Positions 13,560 through 26,440 of a stretch of DNA of 64,000 nt are shown here, one piece after another. The position numbers and the translations under genes are program-made. The number at the start of each line of letters is the position of its first letter. Positions within the stretch are counted from its first letter, which is position 1. The notes under the pieces were generated by a model that worked only from the letters and a program-made list of their open reading frames with translations, was not told the origin of the DNA and did not search any database. This DNA comes from Raillietiella orientalis (Eukaryota). Location of the stretch: the NCBI GenBank assembly GCA_036172245.1, contig JAYWIR010000001.1, forward strand, positions 10,354,001 to 10,418,000, given 5' to 3'.

Positions 13560-14110
13560 CTTCCTTGGACTGCAGTGCCCTCCAACAGCTTTGACGGAGG
13601 CTGAGCTCAGCACTCCCGCTTGCCAGGGACACTGCGATGGAATGGCCGCCGCGGTTCCTCGCGAGAGGTGGAGCCACGACGGGCGCCGTGATAGCGACGG
13701 CATGTTGAGTCCGTGCCATCGTTACGGCCCGCCATTTGCTGAAGTCTCGGACGCAGCAAACGGAGGCCTCCAGCATCGCAGTTGTTCGCATGAGGACGGT
13801 TGCCAAGTGGCCTCCTCTGGACGAGGAAGTGAGGAAGGAGATCGGCGATGTTCTGCGTCGCTTCTGAAAGGAAGGAACGGACATTGCTGGTGATCCTTGG
13901 CCCGCCCTCCGTTTTATACAATTGTTTACTGTTCACTCCCTCCCGTTCCGAACTCTTCCCGGTGTTTCATGAACGAAAGAGAAAGGCCAAAGACCCTGCT
14001 TCTGTCCTCCAATTTATTTTTGTTTTTGCCCCTATCCATCCGCTGGACGTTCGGGAAACTGGTCGGTGAACTCTCCCCTCGAACTTCCTTTGGACATTTT
14101 TATGGGAAAA
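13560..14110 (+). mobile_element. L1/Tx1-type 3' fragment plus 3' UTR, inside S2
   Basis: LDCSALQQL*RRL (end of zinc finger). Alignable to 24900-25460; shares the UTR motif gtcggtgaactc..gaac with 25430, 40210 and 46390. Confidence 0.7.
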
Positions 14111-14115
14111 TTTGC

Positions 14116-14235
14116 TACCTGGTCACGCTGGAGCGTTTATTGTTTTTATAGGGAGGTCACCGTATCGACGGTGTATTTTCCAAGTTGTAAGTTTATTTTA
14201 TTATTGTAAAATAAACGCCCCTGCGTCATCGGGTG
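14116..14235. mobile_element. 120-bp MITE-like unit with 26-bp imperfect terminal inverted repeats
   Basis: tacctggtcacgctggagcgtttatt (14116-14141) versus the reverse complement of 14210-14235 (cacccgatgacgcaggggcgtttatt): 20/26 identical. Confidence 0.6.
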
Positions 14236-17200
14236 CAAATCTTAAGGGCACTCCCTGTAGAGAGCAGAGCGCTTCTTACACTCTGGGGAAGCAGCAACCC
14301 TAGAGGGTATCAATCAGCTCCACGGAATGGCTCCATCTTCACAACCGGAAGGAGACTCCGAAAGAAACCGACTCCTTGATTCCTGGATGGACTCCGGAGG
14401 GTCAACTCCCAATTCCGGCCTGTCAATGGAGGACATTCGGTTTCCGCGAGGTCACACAGCCGCCGAGGCGATGCAACGGGACGCATTCGGTCTTGCTACA
14501 TGGAAGAAACGCCGCATATCGTGCAGAAGAATCCTGATCTTCCAACGGGGGTTGACTTTTGGGTTTTCTCGCATCCTACGATGCGTGTTTATGTGGGATG
14601 TTGTCTTTCCCATCAGGCCCGTTGGCAAGCTTAAGCCGTCCCTTCTTCCGCTGAAGAGCAGGAACCAATGACATGCAAAGGAGCAGAAACTCCGATGTAT
14701 TCATTGTGTGCATGAAATACATCTTGAAAGCACGTATCCAGCGCCTGGAGTAAAAGTTTGTACCCACACTTTTTTCAAAAGACTCTGTGCTAAACCTTCC
14801 ATTTTTCTTCCTCCTTTGCACAGCATTTGCAATTCAAATTCCGGAGGCGCTTCTTTCTTTAATATTTCGGTCCTTCTCCTGGATTGACAGCTTGTATTAA
14901 ATTAATGTTTATGGGAAAATCAATCCGAAACTCTTTCCAAGATCGAGTACAGAGGACGTGATCGCTGACTCCCTGCGTCCACGACAGGCGTGCACACGCT
15001 TGCTGCATGAACCCCGGAAAATCGATGGTGATTTTTTGGTTTCTGGCATCTTTCTGGAAACTGCACTCGGAGGCTGGGAGTTTCGAGTCGACACCCATCA
15101 CATCATCGCATGTCGCTGCCGCTGTTCTTGATGCGGAAGAAATGAGAACGCCGCAATGAAAGATGAAGCGTCGAACAAACGGGAAAGAACTGAGGGAGTT
15201 TGGGAAGATTTGCGCGAAAAAGACCTTCGCAGATCGTTCTCAGAAAGGCAGTCGGGATTCTCGAAATTCGCATTTCTGGATATACCTAAAAGCAGTTCGA
15301 AGAAATCCAGGAAGAAGGGTTTCCTAACCAGGTATCCCTAGTTACCTGGAGAAAGTTGCTCGCGCCTGGAAGACGAGCGACCCCATGGAAGAACGGAACG
15401 AAAATAAATCGTCGTGCGTTCTCAACTGGCACGCCTTTTGACACACCATGGAAGCCAAGTCTTGGACTGGAAGAGTCGTTCAGTAAGATCTCAATAGGTC
15501 CTTTATTCATACGGATGTAACACTTAGCCCAAGCACATTTTATTCTCGGTTTTCCACAGTCGTGTGTAGGAACAGCTTACGGCTGTGAGAAATGCAAGAA
15601 CTTCACGAACAAATGCGAGTCCATTTGAGCTTTTAACACCAAGAAACGGAGAAGGGAACTTGAAACCTCAACGAGTCAGAAAAGGGCAAACAAAAGCTAC
15701 ATGTACTCAGATAATTCTTGTAGGTTTCCCTACTTTCAGCACAACGCACCTTTTTCTTCCTTTTTTAGATCTTCGACGAAAATTTTCACATCTTTGCTGG
15801 ATGCACTGGATGCAGTGCACGTCTGCTTTCGAAAACACGCCGTTTGTGGCTGTATGAAGGGTTTTTGAAACACTCAGACAAGCTGTCAGGACATTTCCTG
15901 TTCCTCTTACTTTAAGGTCATCTAACACCGCTAACCGAAAATCAGCTTCCGTGGCTTCCCGCTAGGGTGAAACAGTCTACCATTCCTCACTTCACTTTTC
16001 AGCTTAATTTCTCCCAATTTTTCTTAGGGTTTCTCTAGGACGATGCCTCCAGATCATCTGCCACACAAAGAGAGGTAAGCAACTGCGACCACAGTACGAC
16101 GCCTTCCCAGGTGCACGCCACGAAGAGAGAGATGAAATTCCAAAGTTTGCTTAGGCACTTTCTTGCAGCTTTCGCTTCCCTTTGCAGTGACGGACAGCAA
16201 TGCACCGAGTGTGATACTTCTTTTTTTTTTCCTTTCAGTTTTAAGGCCCTCTAGCGATTCTATGCTACTTACGGAAACACGGGCCACTCTTGAACAAAGT
16301 GATTTTATCACTACCGTCATTCGTCACCCGTATCGTGCTAACACAAGGATTACACGGAGGTTCAAATCCTAGTATCCGAAAGAGTCCACATTAAAATGCA
16401 GGATGATCCCGTCTCATCTATTTTTCCTCTTAAAATAATCGTCGCTTTCTTCGTCCAGGTTTAGGCATGAATGAAAATAGGCTGGGCTTGCCAATTGAAT
16501 GCAAGATTCACATTAGTGCCGTGTAAGGTTTTACTAAGAATGGCCATTCGAGCGCCATGCTTCACATATTTGTCTGTCCGTGAGAAGATATCCTTCTCTG
16601 GAATAAGGGACACTTGCGATTATCGAACCGTTCCATCATGCAAAGAAGCATCGCATGAGGTCATTACGATTCACATTTCTAATGCTGTCACAAGTTCTCA
16701 TCTTGTGATTTTTCACCGGCTCAATGATCTTGGATCACACGCCGACCAGCTGTCCTTCTCACGAGTCCAGCGGTTTTGCTGCTGGGCTAGTAAGAACCTC
16801 ACTGTAGCCTTTCTGATTAGCTTTTAACTTTAGGTAATCGAAAAGTTTAACCATTTGAAATAAAAAGCCCCACTGACTTATGGAGTCTATCTGTTTTAAC
16901 ATCACAAGTTTTCCACTCGTACAATTGGCTGAAACCAACAAACCGTGGCCTCGAAATTCTCGACTTCACTAACCCTTTCGCCAGCGAATCTTTGTGCTCA
17001 GGGGTATCTCAAAATTGGTAGACCAGGAAACACTGAACTCTCAGGACGGTGCCAAATTGCTTTCCACACGCATACTCCTACACTTTTCTGGAGACGCTTC
17101 AGCAATTCATAGATCTTCGCTTTCCAGATTTGCATTTCTTGCCAGCCTCCCGACCTCATTTCTTAGGCTGTTAATCGTATCAAATCCAGAAAACAGGTGA

Positions 17201-17939
17201 GACCTCTTTCCCTTCCCATCAAAGTGCACAGTGCAGTAAATCTCAATTGTGAACGCCAGATTCAAAAAGCCGTTGCTGATGAACATTTTCCCTGCAATAA
17301 TGATTGCTGGAATCATTGCGGCAGCCATCCTCGACCTCATCTGCTAGCAATCGACATTTTTCATTACGTCACAGAGGCACCCATCATGGACATGGAAGTG
17401 TAGGAGGTTAAATGGAGCTATAAATACCAGCAAAGCTAATAAAAGCTAATCGACTGGGGGCATTGGCATGCAGCTTTCCCTGAATTAGGGATAGGCCCAG
17501 CGGAAGACTAAAAACAGAAAGTTCATGTAGGCTCACACAAATAGCAACTCATCATGGAACCCAAGGGGGAACAACGATCCAGAGAGGTATGTTCCACATA
17601 ATCAGTTCATCCTTAGGAGATTCGCAGTATCAGAAGTGAACAAGAAACCATCAAGAAAGTACTGAACACCACACATCAGTCCAAACAGGAACACCGCGTA
17701 TCAGTCAAAGAGTACGAAGCGGCAACTTCCAAAACCTCAAACTGCTTGAGGAATTCCAATAGCAGACTTCACTGCTTGAGAAGAGACATTCATTAACGCC
17801 ATCCACCGCAAATAAAAGCCAGCTGTTGACAAAGATGGCAACTTGAAAAGCAACAAATTGGGGCAACTTCCAGTTTTGAACTTTACATCACGCAGCCTGG
17901 CTCTGACCAAGCCAGCTGCTCCCAAACAGATTTCATATT

Positions 17940-18690
17940 CTCCTTTTTGGTTCGCCAAGTGTTGAAGAACCGTTCGCCTCCTTACAGAGAGACGCTGTCT
18001 GCATTACTCGAGGGTGCGTGTAATCCATCAAATTGTAAGGGGTAATTCCGGAGGGACCACCTTATGAATCCAGGAAGGCTCCGGATGATGGAGTCCTCCA
18101 TCTGCCTACGCTTGGTAGGGGACCCCGAAGAGAACCGTCGCCCTGGTTGCTCCCGGAAAGGAACCTCTTCCTTGTACTTTCCGGAGGGGTCACCTGAAGG
18201 TGCCACTTCTCTTTTCTTTTCCGAAGGGAACTTGGAAAGGATTTGCTGCTGGAGTTTCTTTTCCGCAGGGAATTCTCAAGGGAACCGCTCCTTTTGTTTA
18301 CTTTCCTGAAGAGGAGCCCGAAGGGATGCTCTTCGAAGGGAGCAGAGCTCTTCTTCACACTCTGGAGAGACAACTCCCCCCGAGGGGGATATCAGCCAGC
18401 TCCATGTTACGGTTCGCAACCGTAGGGGAGCCCAAAGGGAACCAACCGGCTCCTTGGTTCTTGCAAGGAGCCCGTAAGTCAACCTCGAATCCCGGCCAGT
18501 CAACGGGGGCATCCAGCTTCCAAAGCCACGACAGCCGACCTGCGTCATCCTGCGGTGGGAGGCTCGAAACCCACAAAGCACCCAAATCTCTAGAGTCGAT
18601 CCTTCTGCGGGAAGGATTCGAACCCGCAACTCTTGATATAGCGCATATAGAGCGCGGAGACCGCAGCAACCGGTCGCCAACGCAGCCAGA
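17940..18690 (-). mobile_element. SINE-like copy S3, apparently full length and uninterrupted
   Basis: On the minus strand: GGCTGCGT-TGGCGACCGG (A-box-like), perfect B-box GGTTCGAATCC (18624-18614), body with degenerate ~40-bp subrepeats, tail ending gaaccaaaaag. Confidence 0.8.
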
Positions 18691-19449
18691 GTTCATGTTT
18701 GCGGTGTGAAAGCGCCAGCTATGAATCTCGCACGGGGAGGAAAGTTTTCAACAAACCACACCTTTCTGGGAACGTTGAGAGACGAGGCATCTTGAGCTTA
18801 CAATGCATTATTAAAATAACACATTAAGAGAGGATTCTGTACTTTCGACATCATAGCATTTGGTGATCGGTCCAAACCTCTTCCAACAGATAAAACTTCC
18901 GATGAGCTAGAAAAGTGTGCTCTGGGCAATGGTAGCGACGTGGCAAATGACGGATGAAAAGAAATCCTGAGATGCAAGAGATATTTCTTCCTTGATGTGA
19001 AAGGAGGTCGACTGACCTTACAGGTGCGACGTCATGTGAGGAGTCGACGTGATGCTTTTTCGTTAGAAAAATTGTTCTTATTGCGTGCGTTTTTTATGCG
19101 TGCAAAGATTCTGGAAGAGGTTGACGCGCATCTGTGGACTGCTTCTCAAGACGAGCGTGCCAAAGCTTCAGAGGTTTGAATCTCCGTCTCGGGACAGCTG
19201 CATTGCTGCAAGGCACATCAAGTGAAAGAGGAAACAAACTGCAGTTTCACGGCACAACCTTTCGGCTGCTTTTTGGAAGAACCCACGCGCCATGAAGTTC
19301 CCCTCATAATCAAGGCTTGCCCCAAGTGGACGGATGGGAATTGTTTACTCATCCCACTGCACTCTTGCAGAGAGACTTCACGCAGCTGTAAAACTAGAAC
19401 TGAGTTTATTCCCCAGCCATCGCTTGTAGCAAGGCAGCGCTTGCCGTCA

Positions 19450-20300
19450 TCGGAACTCTAGGAAGAGCAAGTTGCCGCCCTCGCAGTGACGTCATGAAGC
19501 ACTGCACGAGCTTTACACCCCTTCAGCTCCTCAGCTTATGCTCTGCCGTTTTCGTGAATTCTCTCCCGCTTCCGTCGATTTCATTCAGAACCCTACTTGG
19601 ATAATGCCGAAAGGAACACCCGTTGTTGATCTTCCAATTACTTGCCCATGTTCCATGAACAGAATCCATGAGGATATGCAAAGAACAGATGACGAATTTC
19701 CATCGTGTGCTCACCTCAGCCCAAATTTCGTGGGGCTGCAGAGTCGCAAGCACCGACTCTTGGCAGATGACTCTCGAAAACTGGAAAAGGAAAACTTCAT
19801 TTCCAGCTCGCGCTTTGTTGCATCCACCTTCTCGATACCATTCCTCTTGATACATGCACTTAAGGCACAAAATCCCGAAATGTGTTGAAGAACTTCGCCT
19901 ATCTGGTAAATTGAATGGAAGTGGAGACTTCAGATCCAGAGATCAGACGACTGTGGGTGCTAATTTCCGTGGCTTAAAGCGGATTCAAACCGGACAAGAA
20001 AAAAAAATCGATAAACCAAACACACCTGAAAAATCCAACTCACTAGAAAGCAAGGCGTTTCAGAAGAGAATAATCTCGATGGCAACAACCAACTTCATGA
20101 AGGTGTTCCTCTGGCTACGCCGAACACACTCGATAAGAAGAATGCAAGTTGCAGACGTCACAGCTGGATAGTCAGAAAGAATGAAATCTTGAAATTTTTC
20201 TGAGACCAACCGGCGAAATCCAGTGTACACTTTCAGCGTGAGGTGCATAACACATATACGACCATCGGCTCTTCCCATTTCACATTTACAACATTTGCTC
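19450..20300 (-). pseudogene. Possible MULE/Mutator transposase remnant
   Basis: Broken-frame motifs KCCKC...CVMHL, STHFG, LMDSVHGT and GVPFG in order, resembling the MULE zinc finger and the D(S)THGT...G.P segment. Confidence 0.3.
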
Positions 20301-20899
20301 TCCACTTCGTCCAATAATTCTTTCGCTGATTTCCGTGGTGGTCACGTCGAACTTTCCTTTACCGAATCCTCCTTTTTAGCAGCTCGGAAGAGTGGTGAAG
20401 AAGGGAACGAATACCAAGATCCACCTCATCCTATGGGCTCCGAGGAAAAATATTCTTGCTTGCAGCATTAAAAAAGCCAAGAGCCATTCTGCCCTTCACC
20501 AGCTGCTTCCGGAAATCAAGACCAGCCAAAGAAGATCCACCAATAAAGCACTACAGATGTGGCGATTCCGCATTGGATTTCTTGCCTAGTTTGCGGCATC
20601 ACGCCACTCCTCTTGAAGAGCAGTTCCAGCGCAGTCGCGGAGCCTCGGCTGCCCGGTCCGCCTTCGGAACAAGGAGGAAACGGCACGCCACCAATAGGTT
20701 CTTGTTTCGCCTACCATAACGGTCTACGAATCTTATCCCAGAGTCTACAAATGCAGTTGAGGAACCCTGGCTTTTCCTTTGAAACGAGGATGAGTTGTCA
20801 TCTCGTTCAATCCACAGGTCTTATTCCACCAGGCTCTTCCGGCCTTCCTCCTGACAGCCTGCTAGGGACATCCTGACAGCCTCTCCAGAGACTGCATCC

Positions 20900-21800
20900 T
20901 TTTTCGTTACGATCTCAGGCCGGAAGCGTCGGCGGTGGCTCGTGGAGGTACGAGGTGGGGCGCGCACGACGCCCCACACATGCCAGCGCCAAGCAAAGTG
21001 CCACTTTGGCTGCCTCCGCCCGCCGAACGCACCGGCGCCAAGTTCATCTCTCCCGTGCACTTTCGCTGGCCACCAACCGCAACCTCCATCGCCCGTCAGA
21101 TGAGTGCAATTTGTGGCATCACCTCCGCCAGCCCGCTGGATCGCTCGCGCCACCTTCCTCTCTTCGTGCGCTCGGTATCAGAGAGCTCTTTTCACGTCCG
21201 TGCTACTGCAGCCGTGCACGGTCCTTGTGCCAGGCTCACGCCCTCCTTCCGCACACGGAACACGTGAGCATGGCAACCGGATGGCTGCTCCACTGTCTTC
21301 GACTTGGCTCCTGGCGTCCCGTCCACCCGGTGGAGGGCGAAGTGCTCTTGCTGTCCGACGCTCTTCGCAAAGGTTGCGCGGTCCACGGGAAAATGGGTGA
21401 GGGAAGGTCGACTCGGTTTGGCACGAAGGATGGGAGATGAAGAAGGTTTTTGCAGTTTGCATTCCGACGTGATGGCGGACGACGGGTGGCTTTGCCTCGG
21501 CAAACGGCGCGGCTGCTGAGGGGCGCTTGCGCGATGACTTGAGCACGAAGTGGCGAAAAGCGGTGTGGCCTCCGACCCACGTGCTGCCTGGATGTGGCGA
21601 GCGCTTTCTTCAGTTGGTCGCTTCCGGTAGATGGCTTCCGTTGCCGTTTGCTGAAGGGCAACCTTGCAGAGAAGCCGAACTGCACCCACGGGTTTCCATG
21701 GGTTTGCACTGGTGGCCATTTACTGCCGACGTGAGACAAGGCCGCTGTCAGGGAGAAGACAACCAGTTAGATGAAGATGCGTGGATTTGTGGGTCGGCGT
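20900..21800 (-). mobile_element. L1/Tx1-type ORF2 C-terminal fragment
   Basis: GC-rich. Mixed frames give LQQTATEAIYRK, FALHRV, TCSVCG..S...VHGC and terminal FAWRWHVWGVV. Confidence 0.55.
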
Positions 21801-22289
21801 GAACGCTGCGTCGTGCAAGAATGGGTTTTCTTATGACCATAGGCGCGGGGTGAACATTTTGATGTGAAGTCAAGAGAAACATGTGCTGGTCCATTCGGAG
21901 AGCACAAAGTGGATGAAATTTTGCAGCAGTCCTGTAATTGCGTGCAGTTCCCCTAGCTACCGTGACTTTGGAATCTCAGTAGACTAGAAACCCCTTGGAT
22001 GCGCTACCTTTATTACGTTTTCCTCTCTTTGTCAAATCAGTAGAAAAGACAAAAACGGAAGTGCTCCATCCGCGGAACTTGAGTCTCATCCTCAAGATGG
22101 ATCGATACTAGGAGTGGCAGATGGTGTAGGTGGACGTGTGTGAGTTTGAAGGCTTGAGGAATCTCGGTTTCCACCTTCTCCCGTTTGGTTAGGTTTTCCT
22201 GTATTCGGTGATCCGCACAGCCATCTCGCGTTCGCCTGCAAGACTAAACTTGTGCTGGTTTACCGCGGAAATGTATTTAATGTAATGCC

Positions 22290-22625
22290 TCAGGAGGAAC
22301 TTGCAAATTCTGAAACTCCACAGGCACCGTGAACGGATTTTACTGAAATCCCGATAATGCGTGCTTCCGTATGAACGTTCTTCGGGGAACTTTGGAGGGC
22401 GTCTTCTGCGGTTCCACCACAGTCCTTCTGCGACGCCGAATCCTCTCTTGCAAATTCTCCCGAAAACCGTGCCACGTGGTTATGAAATGCTCGCGAGATT
22501 CTGGCCCAAATCACTTTCGGGAGGTCGCTTCCATGCGGAATTCGATCCTTCACATCTGGAATTCTCTGCCGAGGGAACACCATTACTCGCATGTAAAAAG
22601 GAACGGGATATTCTGAATGATTCAT
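22290..22625 (-). pseudogene. Tc1/mariner-like transposase N-terminal (HTH) remnant
   Basis: EDALQSSPKNVHTEARIIGISVKSVH resembles SP.KS.R..A..LGIS..SVH. Shares ttc.gaaactccaca.gca.c with ~27618. Confidence 0.4.
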
Positions 22626-23039
22626 TTAATCGGATGGTTGATTAACTTCTAATATTGTTTCCCGGAGAAAGGATGCTGAGCGTGGAAAAAAAGGGATGTC
22701 AAATATTGCTTAAATACCTTGTGTAGGGAAAGCGCGAGCTTGCAGCGCAGCATGTTCCTCTTCCAATGGAAAGAGGATATTAGAACCAGTGGAACCTATT
22801 TATTTCTTCCATGCGTTGACGGTGCCAAGTGTACACTTTATTAGAAAGCCCAAACAGGCAGTCCGGTTTTCCTCAACCTCAACAGCAGGATGAGGTGAGC
22901 ACGAAAGAGCACCTCCAGGGGAGTCTGCGAAGAACCGGAAGCGAATGCACGACTTGGTGAAAAGTGAGATTCGATTGAAAGTGCAACTCCTTCGGAGGAG
23001 TGAATTGAGCACATCTCATGATGCAGCGTGCAGGAGCGA

Positions 23040-23292
23040 GCTGGCGGGCATGTGGCTGCGGTCTCCGCTCGTGGCACCGATCCTCGCAGGTTCGCATCCT
23101 GCCCGGGAAAGGACCGACACCTAGAAATGGGGGGCGTCGTGAATGTGTGCGAGTTCTTCCCCAGCAGGGTGACGCTGGTCGGCATGCAGGATTCGGGTGG
23201 GGTGGGGGCAATGGTGGAAGCTGGAAACCCCCCGATATACCCGCCGACTGGCTCCGGGATTGGAAGTTGACCCTCCAAGATCCTTCCAGAAA
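23040..23292 (+). mobile_element. SINE-like copy S4 (5' part only), ending at the 26-nt motif
   Basis: B-box GGTTCGCATCC at 23089-23099; body matches 32130-32295; motif at 23296-23321. Confidence 0.7.
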
Positions 23293-24299
23293 TGTAATAA
23301 ATGCTCCGGTATAGCCAGGTGATGATCATCTTAGGCCAACCTTAGTGATTCCTTCCATTGGCAACTTGCATCTGAAGCGCTCCTACTTTTTAAACCAGAA
23401 GCACTACCAATCCCCAGCTCTGTGGCTCTGACAAGCATTGCAAGCGATCCCTACTTGAAGCAGGAACTGTCGACAAACTGCAGGACACCTTTGCCTGGGA
23501 AGCCTCCTCCAGATGGTTCGTTTGTGGCCACTCGTTTGTTTCCTCACCAGCAACGTCCCAAAGTTCAAATGACTTCTCAAAGGACTTCACCTCCGTAATG
23601 GCACTGATCAAAAGGTCATCTGCGAACTCTTAAATAATAAGGGAAAGAAAGTGAAAATGATTCCATAGCAAAGAGACCAACCACTCTTTCCCCCTCCTCC
23701 CCCTACCCCCGTAATCTTCTAAAGTATTTCCAAAGTTTGGAAAACCCTGCCATTTTTAAAAGCCAGTTTCTTGGACTACTCCGATTTGAACAATTTCATA
23801 AATTCCTTCACCCGAGAGGATAAGAGTGCATAACGACATCCGATAAGAGTGCCATGAAGATTTCTCCATTGCTTCTGAAGAACAGTCGATGGCGAGTAAA
23901 GGTGACCTCGCGCTTTCCAGCTTTGACATGGAACTTCGATGTGAACCCGATTTATCCCGGGCACTCGTTGTAAAGAATAAACAACAGGGACATTAGTAGG
24001 ACCCCGAGTTCCACCAAGTCTCGGACACCAGATGGCTGCGTAGCCGATCTGACGGCCGGCGAGATCTGCTTGAGAATGTGGAAAGGGGAAACGAAAATAA
24101 ATAAATAAGAAAACGGAAACACGGTTACACATACGGTGTCTTTGGGGAGAATTGATGGGAGGGAAATTTGGGGTAAATTCTAGGGAAGGGTTGAGGAAGT
24201 TGAGATGGACAATGAATTTGGTTGTGCTTTTCACATTTGCCACTCGCGTTCGCTTTCGGAATGCACAAGTGCCGCTGATCATCGTTGGGTCTTTGGGGA

Positions 24300-25525
24300 C
24301 CCAGACCTTCGGCAATGATGCAGTCTTCCGAGGACTAGGCGCCCTACGAACGGATGTGGATAAAAAGAGACGGTTTGTGGCTGGCTTACGCGTCCTCTAC
24401 ACTCACTACATCTATTGGTTTGGACGCTTTACTAATAGTGCCCAAATCCTGTGACAACCTCAGGAAAAGTGGTCATTGGAAGTGGTGATGCAGGACTCGG
24501 TAAAGTGATGGACCCTGGCCGCCACACACCTCTCCGCAGTGCTGTCTGCCCTCAGGGCAAGCAAAAACAGTAATCTGCCAGCAGGGTGGGAATTTTCCTG
24601 CACCATCGCGGAAAGGACGAAACTCCTCGGCAGCCGGAAGACGCGCGAGCTTGTGGGTGCTGCCACTTCGCGTGCTGTGGTGACGGGATTCCTCCGGTGT
24701 CGTGAACTCCTGAGGGTAGCTCCCGAGTCCCTTCTTCGTTTCTCAAACACTTCGGTATCCCCCCCTCTCCTGGAAACAGGCCGTGCCACTCTTCCTACAC
24801 TGGGGATTCCAGTGCAATGAACGTCGGTACCGCGTTTCAGCAGGGGTTGCGTCCCTGAACTGTTGTTCCAGTGCGAGTCGTCAGAACCAGCCTCGCCGCA
24901 CCTGGTTTTGGACTGCACTGCCCTCCAGGAGCTATGGTGGAGGCTAGCAACAGCGCTCCCGCACCAGGACGCTGCTTGAGATCTGCTGCGACGGTTCTTC
25001 TCGCCGGGAAGACTCTCGATGGGTGCAGTGGTCGCCATCATGGGTTGCATCCGTGCCATCGTCACTGCGTGCTCGAGAGGACCACACAGCGAAGGTAGGT
25101 CACGGGAATGGCAGCTCCTTACCAAAGGACGGCCGCAAGATGGCCCCGCCTGCAAGAGGAAGACAAGGAGAAGATCGGCGGCATCCAGTGTCGGCTCTAA
25201 AGGGAAGAAACCGCGAACACTGGTGACCCTTCTCCATTACCTCCCTTTGTTTTTTGTCCTTATCCCCTACTCCTTTTCTCTCCGTAACTTTACCGGTTTT
25301 GGGGGGGTTTCGATCCCGATGCATACAAAGAGAACCCAAAGATCGTTGCTCCCATCCCACCGAAATTCTCATTTTTGCTGTTGTCCCGCTTCTCTCCTTT
25401 GTTCTGGACTTTTGGATGTCCTGACCCAGGTGTCGGTGGACTCCCCTTGAACCACTTTTGTCTTCTTTTGGGAACTTCGGCTTCCGACCGGTTTATTTTT
25501 TAATAAATAAACTCCTCCGAGGGTG
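24300..25525 (+). mobile_element. L1/Tx1-type 3' fragment plus 3' UTR
   Basis: PHLVLDCTALQELWWRL; homologous to 13560-14110. The 5' boundary is uncertain. Confidence 0.7.
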
Positions 25526-25740
25526 ACCTGCTGGAAAACCTCATGAAGAGCAACAACACTTCGGCGGAGAGGAAGGCACCGCCAAAGTGCAGCCTCCGGG
25601 CGTCCCGATGTTGGAAACTTGCTGTGACACCCCTCGCAACGCAATTTCAGTGACCAAGGAGGAAGAGCGGAAGATGGAGAAGAGACCTCCCTTTCATTTG
25701 TACCATTATGGCTATGAACATTGAAAATAAAACACGAAAG
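25526..25740 (+). mobile_element. 3'-end fragment of the NeSL-type family
   Basis: Alignable to 9425-9600 (aaaacct.atgaaga...cacccctcgcaac...ttcag.gacca.ga.ggaagag.ggaag.tg). Confidence 0.65.
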
Positions 25741-25754
25741 TGATCCGAGGTAAT

Positions 25755-26440
25755 GCATAGAGCAGGGAAGTGTATATATAGTAATGTGTGCATATATTGA
25801 TGCTCATGTAAAACAGGGAAACAATGTAATGTACAAATATATACATTGATGTATTTTTAAAAAAGGGAAGTAGTGTCAAGCAATGCATCTACATATATAT
25901 ATCAGGGGAGTGTATATTAAGCATAAAGTAATGTGTATAAATGCATTGAGGTATAAGCAAACAGGGACGTAATATAAATTAATGTATACATATATAACAT
26001 GGAATGCTATATATAATAATATATGCATATTAAATATAAAGTCATGTATATATGTATGTATTATTGTATATGTTGAACAGGGAAGCAATTTAAAATAGTA
26101 TGTATATATAAAACAAGAAAGTGTATATATTATAATGTGTATATAAATTAACGAATATATGGAAAAGGGAAGTAATATAAAATAGTGTATATGTATATAT
26201 AACAACGTAGTAATGTGAAGTAATGTATATATACATAAAACTGGGAAGTATACATATAATAATGTGTACATATTTTAAATATATATTAATGCTTATACAA
26301 AACAGGGAAGTAATACGAGGTACTGTATGTGTACGTATATATACGAGCATACATTACTCTGTATTATTGATATATATACATTATTTTATTTCCTTGTTTT
26401 ATTTTCAAAGTAATGTCAACTAATATATGCATACATACAC
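25755..26440. repeat. AT-rich degenerate tandem array with recurring (A)ACAGGGAAGT core
   Basis: Core variants near 25762, 25812, 25862, 25902, 25961, 26076, 26112, 26164, 26239 and 26300, separated by TA/TG-rich filler. Confidence 0.8.

Larger units (their letters stand above)
12720..14450 (-). mobile_element. SINE-like copy S2 with two internal insertions
   Basis: T-tract and tail at 12720-12950; body at 13400-13555 and 14240-14450, each alignable to consecutive parts of 17940-18520. Confidence 0.7.

Noticed and set aside
18600-18690. tRNA genes here and at ~2930, ~23045 and ~32070
   Set aside because: A/B boxes are present but there is no convincing cloverleaf, and each runs into the same repeat body, so they are SINE heads.
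25755-26440. CRISPR-like repeat/spacer array
   Set aside because: Core is only ~10 nt and degenerate, spacers are low complexity and irregular, the context is eukaryotic and there are no cas genes.
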